NCBI GenBank assembly: GCA_016748015.1
Contig: JAAOMT010000699.1
Span: 1 to 64,000 of the forward strand
Direction: 5' to 3'
Source: Geosiphon pyriformis uo1
Lineage: Eukaryota > Fungi > Glomeromycota
DNA: 64,000 bases
The notes under the pieces are model-generated. The model was not told the origin of the DNA and did not search any database. It saw only the letters and a list, made by a program, of their open reading frames with translations. Shown here in pieces: positions 27,209-38,878 of this stretch (position 1 is its first letter; every line of letters starts with the position of its first letter). A program made the translations under genes and the position numbers.

Positions 27209-29281
27209 TGTTGTTTTGATTGGTCCGAGTGGCTGGTTACATGTAGATAATGCATGATTCACACCTAGTTTAGATCATTTGTATGATGTATTGCACTAGG
27301 CAGTGTTTGGACTTTGCTTGTTAAATGTTAATAAAAAAAAAAATTTAAACATATATAATTATTAAAACAATAAAAATAAATTGATAGAACTCACAACATA
27401 GATCTTTCAAATCAAATTTTATAACTCTCAAAACAACTATTTGACACAATTCAACAATCTACTACTCAAATAGAAATTACTATTAACAAAAAAGAGATAC
27501 AATATAAAGATAGAAACAGAAAAGAGGTGGATAAAAATTCAACTAAAACTAAACAATCCTATCCTTATAAATAACTTTCCATCCTGGTAATTGGTGCTCT
27601 ATACAACAATCAAGAAAAAAAGAGGATAAAAAAAAAGAAAGAGATATGTTTTAAACAAAGCTTGACACAATTAAAAAGAAAAAGAAAGTAACAGAAATAA
27701 ATATGTGTTAAACAAAACTCAAAAAAATTAAAGAAGCTTTTAGTAGACAAATATTGGAACCAGTAACAGAAAAATGAACAATAGAAAACTTCAAAGTATG
27801 AAAGAAAAAACTACTATTAGTCTACTGGTTCTATAAGATTGGTAAACAACTAAAATTAAGTACACTATACAAAAACCTCAACTATTAAACATTTAATAAA
27901 ACAGTTCTTAAACAAGTAGAAGAATTCATAAGAAGAAGCAACTTAATACTAAATTATAAAGCAATATACTGCTTATATTCAGTATTCAAATACTGTTTAA
28001 CCATACTACTAAACAGCTTGTTAACAATTATTACAATTAACAACATAGAATGAATAACAAATACACAGTTTAAAAGCCTACAAAAAGCAATATTTAACAC
28101 AACAATTAAATACTACACAGAAAATACAACTATTACAAATATATATGATTTTGTAAAAGCTTAATTCTAAAAAGAAAAGGATAATATTATCCAAATAAAA
28201 AAACCAATTCAAAGTTATGAAAAAAACATGACCAAACATGTGTTAACATAAAATAATACAAAATAATACAAAAGAACACAAAATAACATGTAATAATTTA
28301 GAATAACATAATACAAGATTTGATAACATATTATAACACAAAATAACTAATTAAAATATAAAATAACTAGTAATAATATAGAAAAACAAGGCAATCACAA
28401 AAATAGTAAAACAATAGTTAGCAAGAATAAAATAAAAAAAACAATCCTGTAAAACCAAAAAGAATATATAAAAATGAATAATTATAAAAATTAGAAGAAC
28501 AGCAAAACAAGAATTAATTTTCTCTTTTTCTTATAATTATTTTACAAAAAAATAAAAAGACTTATTTGAAAACCTAAAATCCTTAATATATAGTCATCAA
28601 TTATCCTAAGCTGAAATTAAACTAATCTTTGTTTCATACTTTTGTTTTAAAACAGATGCTTTTAGCATAAATACTTTAAATTTTTAACAATCTAAACCAA
28701 TTGCTTTTGATCATGGCAATTAATAATACTAATTTATTTTCATTTATTTTTTATTTTTTTTATTTTTTTTTATTTTATTTTCTCTTGTGAAGTGGCAACA
28801 TAGAAAAATCAACTGTCTAAGAATAGATTTTGTGATAGCCTGGTAAAAAAAAAAAGCTTCTCTTAAGTTTGAATATTAACATTATTTTGGTAACTTATCA
28901 GAAGGATAAAAAGACACTGCCAGATCCTAATAATTGCACTTGTTAGCTTAAAAAAAATAGTTTACATTTACATATAAGAAGTTGTAACACCACAAAACAT
29001 CTTTCTGTGCCTTATAATCAAAGAATTTTATGGATAAATACACAATCTAGAAAAACCTTCAGAGACTGATAACCAGAACCAGCCATACCACAAAACCAAT
29101 TAAAAAGCTTTTATTACTCAAATTAGAGCACTAAACATTACCATCATACCCCCAAGTTTACTCATAACAATGTATTCTTATTGACATAGCTAAACTGAAT
29201 TCTATACACAATAATTGGCTGGAGAACTACTGAAACCAAATAAGAAAACTGCTTATTTAATATGACCTTGTGTAAAATCAT

Positions 29282-32200
29282 TATTACAAGTAAACTTAGT
29301 AGGGTAGAGAGATGATAATTTTTGGTGCTCTCAATTATTGGTAAGGTGTATTTTACATAATTCTGGTGGCTTAATCTTGATTATCAGTCTCTAAAAGTCT
29401 TATTTTACTGATTGTGAATTTACCTATTGAGTTTTTTGGTTATAAGGCACAGAGTTTTGGTTCTTGCTGATTGCAATTTCTTATAAAAGTGAGCTTTTTT
29501 CTTTGAGCTAACGAGTACAGTCATTAAGGTTTGACATTGTCTTTTCATCTTTCTAGTAAGCTATCAAGATAATGTTAATATCCAAAAACCTAGAAAGAGC
29601 TTTTTTCTTTTACCAGGCTATTACAAAGTCTATTTTCAGATAGTCAATTTTACTATGTTGTTATTTCACAAAAGAAAAATAAAGAAAATAAAAGAAAATA
29701 AAAGAAAAAAAAGAAAATAAAAGAAAAGATAAATTAGTATCATCAATTGCCATGATCAAGAGCAATTGGTCTAAATTGTTAATAGTTTGAGATGGTTATG
29801 CTAAGAGCATCTGTTCTGAAATAAAGATATAAAACAATGATTAATTCATGTAAATTCTACAAAGTTTGAAAACATGAATTTGTGATTCTGATTTCTTAAT
29901 AATTGATTTATTTTAGAAGATGAATATGGAATATAAATGATGAAAGAGTATGGATATTTGATTCTTGTTTAGTGGTTTGTATCTATCTGTCTGCTGTTTC
30001 TACCTTTTACAACTACTTGCTTTTATACATTTTTTTGGTTTTATAGAATTGCTTTTGATTGTTTCATTATTGCTAACTATTGCTTTGTTATTTCTGTTAT
30101 TGCTTTGTTCTTCTATGTTATTACTAGTTATCCTATGTTATAATACATTATTTAGTGTTATTATGTATTATTATGTATTATTTCATGTTGTAATATATTA
30201 TCCTACACTATTCTAAGTTATAATGCATTATTCAACATTATTACACACTATTCTGTGTTATGTTACATTCTGGTTACATTTCTTTATAACTTCAGATCAG
30301 TTTTTTTATTCGGGTAATATTATTCTTCTCTTTTTAGAATTAAGCTTCTGTAAAATTATATGTATTTGTTCCTATGTTTTCATTTATATAATATTTAATG
30401 GTTGTGTTGAGTATTGTTTTTTGTAGGTCTTCAAACTGTCAATTGGTAATTTGTTCTATGTTGTTAACTGTTATTGTCTTTATAGATCTATACAACAGTA
30501 TATTTGAATGATATTGGAAAGTGGTATATAATTAGTATGCTGCTTTGTAATATAAGGTCAGGTTGTTTCTTTCTACAAATTTTTCTACTTGTTGCATTGT
30601 TTCTTTGTTGAAAGTTTTCTGGTTGAAGTCTCTATATGGTGTCTTTAAGTCTAATTGTTTACCTATTTTATAGAACCAATAAGCTAAAAGAAGTCTTTTT
30701 TTCTATTTCTTTGCGTTGTCTGGTGTTTATTCTTCTGTTTTGGGAAGATCAATCTCACAAGCTAAAGCTTCTTTAATTTCTTCAAGCTTGGAAACCAAGT
30801 ATCTTCTTTTATAAATTTTTTTTCATTTCTCCACTCTTTCTTCAAGCTCTGCTCAAGATGATTTAATTTCTTTTTGTAAAATTTTTTTCTTGGGTGGGAT
30901 GTAAAAATAAGAATGGTTAGTTCTAATTGAATTTGCACCCATTCCTTTCTTGCTTCTATCTTTATAATGTATTTTTTCTCTATCAATTGTTACTTCTATT
31001 TAAGCAAAAGATTGTTGAATTGTGTCAAATAGTTGTTTTAAAAGTTGTAGAATTTGATCTAACAAGTTCATATTGAAAGTTCTATCATTTCTTGCTGTTT
31101 TTTGAATGGTATATATATTTGAATTTTCTAATTTAATTTGCTGCACATTGTTTGATGATGATGATTGGTTCCAGATCTTGTGGTATATCTTCTGATCTGA
31201 TTAATAAAATTTGTATTCCTAGCTGAGGTACTGATAATGATAATTCCTGTTTTGCATGATAAATTTTTAACTGATTTCCATGTGCTACTTTCTTTAAAAT
31301 CCTGTTTTTCAATCATAATTTGTAAACTCTATTTCCTAAAGCTTTGTGTATGTGAAATGGACTATCCTACTTTGGGTCAAACTTTCCACTCCACTGTTTC
31401 TTAGCTTTTGTATGATATAATAATACTTGGTCTCCAATTTTGAATTCCATTGGTTGTTCTGGTAGATGGTTATTATGTTTTTTTTTTGTTGTTCTTGAGC
31501 ATAACTAATATTGTCAGCTGCTGTTTTTTAATTGTCTTCTAATGTTTCCATTAGCTAGTATATTTTTTGGTATAAGGTAACTTCAAAAATTTTTTTATTG
31601 TTTGTTTCTGTTAAGTATGATGGTATCACTTATTCAATTGGTAATGTAGTTTTTTTCTATAGACTAATTCAAATGGTGTAAACAGAGTTGTATTTTGTTT
31701 CAATGTTCAGTATGCAAAGAGTACAGAAGGTATAAATAAGTTTTATTCTTGTTTGTTTTTATAACTTATTTTTGCTAGTGTTTTACACAGTGTTTGGTTA
31801 AATTGTTCTACCAATCTGTTTGTTTGTAAGTGATATGATAACAATAAAGACCATTTTATTCCAAACCATTGACTTAATTTGGTTAACATATTATTTACAA
31901 AATATGTTCCTTGATCAGATAGCAGTTCTTTTGGGCATTTATGTTTACAAATTAGTTCTTGGTGTATAAACTCAGCTACTGTTTTCATGTCTACTACTTG
32001 GATAGCTCTGGCTTTTGGCCATTTTGTCAAATAGTCTATGGCTACAGCAATATAATAATTTTCTTTGGATGTTATGGAGAAAAGACCAACCAAATCGATT
32101 TCAATTCTATCAAATAGATTTCTGACTGGAATAGATCAAAGTGGTTTCATTGTTCTGGCTCCTTCTCTTTACTAGCATGAGTCACAATTGAGCACATATT

Positions 32201-33243
32201 AGAAAATGTCTTTGTATATCATTGGCCAATAGTATAAATTTAGGGTTCTTTCAAGAGTAGCATCTTTGTTAAAGTGTTCTATGGTTGGATCAGAATGCAT
32301 ATTATGTAATATAATTTTCTTTTCATTGTTTTTGATAATTCATTGTGGGGTGGAACAGTTTTGGCATTCTCATCAATATAGTTGATTGTCTTGAATAAAA
32401 TAATTTTGGGTTTGTTTTCATATAGTACTTTGTTTCTGTTGAGATAATATCTCCTTGAAATGTAGTGTTGATAGGTGCTAATATAGTCATTGATAAGTGA
32501 GTGTGTCTATGGGTCTGGGATTAGGTTTGTGGCATCTTCAACAAACTGTTGGCATTAGTGTTTTTGGATCTTTTCTTGTAATGGATCTTAAGTGAGAATT
32601 GTTGCAAATAAATATTTTATCTTGCATATTTTCCTTCTAGTTGTGGGTTATTGAGTAACTAGATGAGTCTCTTATGATCTGTATATAGATTAAAATGGTT
32701 GACTGAGGTAGTGTTTCTATATTTGTACTGTTTAATAGATGGCAAGACATTTTAAATTCATTGCACTGTAAATTTTTTCAGCTGAACTTGTGTTATAACT
32801 AGCATATGTAATTGGATGTTCCCTGTTGTCTGGTCTTATTTACAACAAAATGGCTCCTAGTGCATTTTTCAAAGCATCTGTAGTGACAATAAAATGTTTA
32901 GTAAAATTGGGATAGATTAATATTGGGGATATAATCAGTCACTGCTTGAGATAGTCAAAGGCTTTTTGTTGATCTTTTTTCCATGTATTTGGACAACAAG
33001 TGGTAAAGAAGTTTTGTGATAGTTGAAAACTCTTTGATAAATCAGCAGTAATATCTTGCCAATCCTAAAAATCCTTATAACTCTTGGAAGTTAATTGGGG
33101 CTGGAAAATCTTTAACTTTTTGGACCTTGTCCAAGTTGGGTTTGACTCCGTTTTTGCTGATCACATGTCCTAAGAATTTCAACTCAGTTTTCCCAAAGAA
33201 ACATTTCTTGGGATTGAGTTTTAATCCAGCATTTTGAAGACAT
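29282..33243 (-). mobile_element. 5'-truncated Ty3/Gypsy element: RT end, RNase H, integrase, extra ORF, PPT, 3' LTR (29282-30319)
   Basis: Minus-strand RT (LKLNPKKCFFGKTELKFLGHVI), RNase H (FIVTTDA), integrase (YIAVAIDYLTKWPKA, LLSDQG, YHLQTNRLVEQFN, FKIGDQVLL). Domain order RT-RH-IN indicates Gypsy. Confidence 0.9.
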
Positions 33244-34080
33244 TGTTACAGATGATTATTTGGGTCTCAAGTCAAATAACAAACCTGTAACTTAATGCTC
33301 AATTGATATATTAATGTTAGTAATTTTTGAAGATGTGGTTTCTAAAAGTTTTGGTTGAGTTTTTTGTATAATGAACAGAAATTTAATTGATAGTTTTATC
33401 CGTAGCTTTCCAAAACTGCAGTTTCATCAATTTCTTTTTCAATGTAATGGTCAGTAATTCTCTTGGTAAGATATTCTCAATTCTAAGTATCTATTCTTAT
33501 TCCTGGGTTTTTTACCAATGTTATATCCTGATGTTAGTATCTTCACATGTAATTCTTTTTAATCAAGTTAACAAAACAACAAAGAAAATAAAGCAAAAAA
33601 ATAAAAATAAAATAAAAAATAAGCCAAGGCAATTTGCATGTTAGTATTCCATCAATAGTCATAATTAAGAGTTATTGTTCCAGTATGATTAAGTATTAGC
33701 AACTATTAACATGAAGTGTTGATAATAGAAAGTGAATTGAGATAGTAAATAATTATTTATTGATATTTGTGATGTGAAAGGTCACTTAAATTAAAACTAA
33801 ACTGGAAGGTCTGTTTTTTTTTCTTTTAATACTACTACTATATATACATAATTGATGTTCTATAAGATCACTCACATTCCCAAGTGATGTGCTATGATTT
33901 TTTGAGCAATACTCATATTGCTAAGCAATATGCTATGATTTTTGATCTTGCTCCACATTGCTGAGCAATGTGCTGTGATTTCTGACATTGGTTCACATTA
34001 CTAAGCAATGTGCTTATATGCTAACTACTATTCTCTTATTGGTCTACTATTTTCTATATCTGTTTTTTTTATGAGTAACA
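33244..34080. mobile_element. Solo or recombinant LTR (~840 bp) without matching TSD
   Basis: Perfect TGTTAC...GTAACA termini. Left flank is Gypsy RT (ACAT), right flank is LINE ORF1 (CCAC). Confidence 0.72.
33870..34014. repeat. Four ~39-40 bp tandem units, each with a palindromic core CACATTGCT-n-AGCAATGTG
   Basis: cacattcccaagtgatgtg / catattgctaagcaatatg / cacattgctgagcaatgtg / cacattactaagcaatgtg, mostly followed by ctatgattt-like spacers. Confidence 0.85.
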
Positions 34081-35060
34081 CCACACATACTGAGTCTTTT
34101 TTGATTAGAAATAATTATTTAGAAGCTAATAATTCAGCTTAATTTAATTTGGTAAATTCCATCAGTTTTTTGTCATATACTAATTAATTGAATTTTAATC
34201 AACTTAATTTTACCAAATTCAGATATTGCAGTAACAATTATTTTTTTAGGTGTATTTATGGGAATTTTTTTGATTACTATAACTCAATCTGAACATATTT
34301 TTTGTTTTTTGAGATTGGTATTTATAATAATTCTCTTTTCTCTAGCCAATAACATGGCTTTTTTCATGCTTTTCTTTAAAGTAAACATCAATTAGATGAT
34401 TTTTTCAAATTTTAAAAAAGTAGTGGTCTTCCAAAACTATTAATAGAAGAAAAAAATTTTCTAATGAGTTAAGTCTTCACCATTGCTGATTTTTTTTTAT
34501 AGCTAAAAGATTAATGTTCAATGTGAAGAATTTTTTAACTGCCACTTCAATCTGATTTTTGACTATCTTTGGATCAATCCATCTTTTGTTAAGAGAGATA
34601 GGTATGCAAAAAGAGAAAGAGACCTCATCTTTATCATTTATATCAAAGACTAGAGAATCAATCATAATACTAGTATTGATTTTTTTCGCTTTAGGTGTAT
34701 TCATCTTAGAATTTGACTGAACTTCATTCTTACTACTAGTATTATTATTAGTATTCATGTCTGCAAATTGGTCAGCAACTCTTTCTGAACTTTTAAAACT
34801 TAAATCTGCTTTATTATTAAAATGCTTGATATTGTCAAGTAACAATTTTTGCTTTTGAGCCAAGCTTTTATTAACAAAACCTGAAGCTGTGACTCTGGCC
34901 ACCTTTTTTTTAGCACCAAAACCATTCATAATGGCAGTCAATTTAACAACAAATGGGTTTGGTATTTGAGAAATAGTGAAAATACAACAATAAAAACAAA
35001 AAAACTTCTTTCAAAATTCTGAACTCTTTTTTGGAAATTTGAGATAAAAAAAAAAGTTTA
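34081..35060 (-). mobile_element. 5' fragment of a LINE-family ORF1 (eroded), truncated by the LTR
   Basis: ORF 34477-34941 ends VKKFFTLNINLLAI (cf. STKFFALDIELSVV). The junction reads AELLASK..LIKKDSVCV (cf. ASLVASKWSVLMGKDSVHV). Confidence 0.8.
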
Positions 35061-36520
35061 GTATTTAAAACTTAAAAAAAAAATGTATAAAAAAAATAAT
35101 TAACTGCTTATTATAAAGCTATAAAAAAAAAATTGGCTTAGTATAAAATTAATATTTTTTTCAATTTATAGAAAGCTATATATATAATTAAATTACATAA
35201 AATTTATATACTATATTAAGATTATTTTAAGTACATTAATTATTTATATATATTAAATTAATCAATTTAATTATAAGTTTACTCAGTATATTATTTTTTT
35301 AGGAACTAATAATTTAAATAATTAGATTTAAAACTATAATTATATATTATTAATATTAATTGTAATTATAATTAATACAATTAAATATAAATCAATTAAT
35401 TATATTTTTTGGTAATTATTTTTGAATAATAATTGCAAATCTGAAATGTTAAATTGCATAAATATAAGTGTATAAAAATTTTGGAATATAATAAAGCCTG
35501 TTATTATCAGATTATATATATTAATTTTTAATTTTTATTGGTATTTTTTAATTTGTCAAGATTTTTTTGTATTCAATTTAGTTAAATATTAAGCTAATTG
35601 CTAATCTTTTATTTTTTATTTGTTAACTGATTTTATTAATTAAATGTAATAATATAGACTTTTTTTACATAATTTTAATAGTAATTTTTATAGTATGTAT
35701 TATAATTTTTATATTAAAAAACTGTAAAAATTTTTGGTAATAATATTAATCTGTTTCTGTTAAATTTAATGTAACTACAATTGCTATATAGTTGAATAAT
35801 TTTGTTAAAAATAATAGTATACTAATTGCTATTATATATAAGATGTTTTTTAGAATAGATTTTTTTTTATAATTTTAATATAATATTGCTTTAATTGGTT
35901 TGAATAACTGGTTATATATAGAAAATACATAATTTATGTTTAGTTTAAATTACTTAATTTAATATATTATATTAAGTTATATTTAAGTTTTACTTATTAA
36001 AATAAAATAAAATAAAAATATTAATTAATAATAATATTAATTAATTAAAAATACATAATTTGTTTTGTTTTTTAATAAGCAATAATTAATTAAAAATAAT
36101 TATATTAAATAATATGGTTAAATATTAATTTATATTTATTTTAATAAATATAAATTAATACTAATATTTAAAATAAAAAAATATTATTGTTTACAGTTAA
36201 ATTAAAACTAATTAATTTTATTGGAATTAATAAACCAAACTGATAAAAACTTGTTAAAATAAAAGCTTTGATGCAAACTTATTATTAAAAAGTTTAAAAC
36301 TTTTTTTAATAATAAAAACAACAATGTTTTATTTAATTATCTTTAATATTTAGAAAACTTTTTTAGTTGTTATTTTTTAATTATATTAGGAAAAATGGTA
36401 ATTAATAATTTGGAAATAATATTTTATTATTAATTAGCAAAATTTAAAATTAATAAATAGGTTTATATTAATCAAAAATAAAACAATATTTTTAATATAA
36501 ATGTTTTCTAGAATATTCTG
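35060..36520. other. Extreme A/T desert (similar tracts at ~7980-8840, 13110-13860, 18930-20340, 42480-42810, 52200-53660)
   Basis: Almost no G/C, no credible ORFs, sharp boundaries with gene islands. Confidence 0.8.
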
Positions 36521-36625
36521 ATTTATCAAATTCTATTATTCTTTTTTGTTCAATTTCGAACTCGTCTTCTTACAGAAGTCCAGTCCCTAATTTTTTTTCC
36601 GCCGTCTTTTATTATAATTTTAATC

Positions 36626-38476
36626 ATGGCCCCTCCATCTACCAAGAAGTACGTTGCAGATGGTAAGCAGTAGAGCCTTTAATAATTTTGCCGTCAACGC
36701 AAAAAATTCACTTATTTTCCCTCTAGTTGTTCTATTCGCTATATCTCAGGTGGCACTCTATTTTGCCGTTAAATTCATACTCGGTTCTCTTGATCCAATG
36801 AAAGATAAAAAAAAAGAAGCGAAAGCTAAAAGCAATGAAGTCTTGGGGAAATTAGGGGTAAATTACTTTTTTTCAATTTCTTGAAATGACAACTTAACAT
36901 TTTTTTCTGGTAGATCAAAGATATGAAGTTAAACGAGTATGAAGAAATAATTTTATCCGAGGTTATATTTGCAGAGGACATTTCAGTAGATTTCAAACGT
37001 AATTATTGGGAATCTCTTGTTTCCATGTTGCATCAAATCAATCCCACTTTTAATGAGCGATAATTTTTTTTTCTCTCCCAAATCTTAAATTTAAGAGGTT
37101 GGAGGTATGAAAGCTCTTATTTTAAGTTTATGTGATCAAAGTCTAAAGGCAATTCTAAATTTTGTTTTCTTTATTTGACAAGGTCTTGATTCTATAATTC
37201 AAAATCTTCGGGAATCGGTTATATATCCATTAAGTTATCCCCAACTGTTTAAATCCACTTCTGGTTTACTTGGTGTACCTAAAGGAGTTTTGCTGTATGG
37301 ACCTCCAGGTCAGTATTTTAACTTTATAACTTCTCGCGTAAATTTGCTGTTATTGAATCAACTGACATTTTAATCAAAAAATTTCTCAGGTTGTGGAAAA
37401 ACCATGTTGGCGAAAGCACTTGCTCGTGAATCTGGAGCAACATTCATTAACCTTCATGTTTCTACTCTCACCGATAAATGGTTTGGTGAATCCAATAAGC
37501 TCGTTGCGGGCGTATTTTCAGTTGCCAAAAAGTTACAGCCATGCATTATTTTCATTGATGAGATTGACGCTTTCCTACGCGAAAGAAGAAGCAGTGATCA
37601 CGAGGTTACTGGAATGATGAAGGCCGAATTCATGAGGCGAGTATCTTATAAACTTCAATTCGAGTTAATATTATTATAGATGCAAACGATTCCCATTTAT
37701 TTATATTTATAGCTTATGGGATGGACTTACCACCGATGAAAATACTCGAATTGTTGTAAGTACAATTTTTCTACAATATTTTTACTTTAGTAACAACATA
37801 TAACTCCTCCTGAGATTTGGGCTTTTTATTCTATTAGGTTTTAGGAGCGACCAATAGGCCTAATGATATTGGTAGCTATTTTAATCAATATATTGTTTCA
37901 GCTATAAATTTTTTTATCGTATCTTGGCGGTCATCAATCTTTTAAATAGATTACGCAATTCTCCGTCGAATGCCAAAACGATTCGCAGTACGACTTCCGG
38001 ATGAAGAACAGAGGAAAAATATATTAGAAATAGTGAGTTGATAATGCTTGGAGATATTTCCTGACTCATGTTAACTTATATACTTACTATCAGATGCTTA
38101 ACGATCAAAGTTTGGATCCCGAATTCGATTACGACCAACTCGTAGCAAAAACTGCCAATTTCTCTGGAAGTGATTTGAAAGAGGCCTGTCGGAATGCTGC
38201 AATGATACCTGTTCGTGAATATATGCGTAGTCATGCAGCACCGGATGGTGAATTAAATAACATAGATCCAGAGGTAAAATATTTTACTTTGAGCTTTTTC
38301 CTAGGTAAAATCAATTTGAGATATAAATGTGCACCACACACACGTCACAGAGCCTAAAAATCCGGCCGATAAGTATGAAGGATTTTTTTGTGCAAGACAC
38401 GGTTATCTCGTCAAATTCAACTGCCCCCGCACCTGCGGGTAATGAAGAGATATTAGAGCAAGAACAATTAGATTGA
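36626..38476 (+). CDS. MSP1: Mitochondrial/peroxisomal AAA-ATPase Msp1/ATAD1, ~11 exons
   Basis: N-terminal TM segment. [11 protein letters not shown]|[52 protein letters not shown]|[21 protein letters not shown]. Confidence 0.95.
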
Positions 38477-38878
38477 CCAATTGAATGGATTGAATATTTT
38501 ATTGATGGGGAAGATTAAAGAAGAAATGTACTTTATTATCTAAGTTGACGAAATACTTAGCGGTAAGTGTTTTCCCTCAATTACAGCTAATCCTTGTATT
38601 TTATTTTAGAATTGAATATTGAGAGGATAAAACCGAGTTGGTCAGATTGTTTTCTAGCGATAGAAATTTCTCAAACTATTTTTATTCGTGCTTGAATTTT
38701 TTGAAAATCTAACAAGAAATTGAAAAAAAGATTGAAAAAGCGAAAGGATCATATACTCGATTAGGTATTATTTATTCCTCCCTGATATACAAAACTTTTT
38801 TTTATAATATTCTTGGTTATTTACTTCTTTGCCATGATCATGATATGAACACTTTCCTTTAGATTCTATGGGTAAAAC

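Larger units (their letters stand above)
20440..27338 (+). mobile_element. Full-length (~6.9 kb) inactivated LINE: ORF1 (RRM-like + zinc knuckle), ORF2 (APE-RT-RNase H-Zn finger), 3' UTR, poly(A)
   Basis: TSD AAAAATTTAAACATAT at 20424-20439 and 27339-27354. EN motifs CNVRG, LGGDFN, TIDY, TDH. RT motifs KAYDSV and AFV(D/N)D. RNase H motifs VYT(D>N)GS and KVK(G>E)HSGVSGNEQAD. Many nonsense changes. Confidence 0.95.
20345..29169 (+). mobile_element. Eroded 3' end of a Gypsy LTR retrotransposon (pol C-terminus, extra ORF, PPT, 3' LTR ~28185-29169), split by the LINE at 20440-27338
   Basis: 20345-20439 plus 27355-29169 is collinear with the reverse complement of 29282-31190. LTR ends ...GTTTACTCATAACA. 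Purine tract AAAAAGAAAAGGATAA at ~28169-28184. Confidence 0.8.

Noticed and set aside
29965-30426. Hydrophobic membrane-protein ORFs
   Set aside because: They mostly lie in the low-complexity tandem region of the Gypsy LTR, on the antisense strand.
33870-34014. CRISPR array
   Set aside because: Eukaryotic LTR context, spacers are similar to each other, and there are no cas genes.
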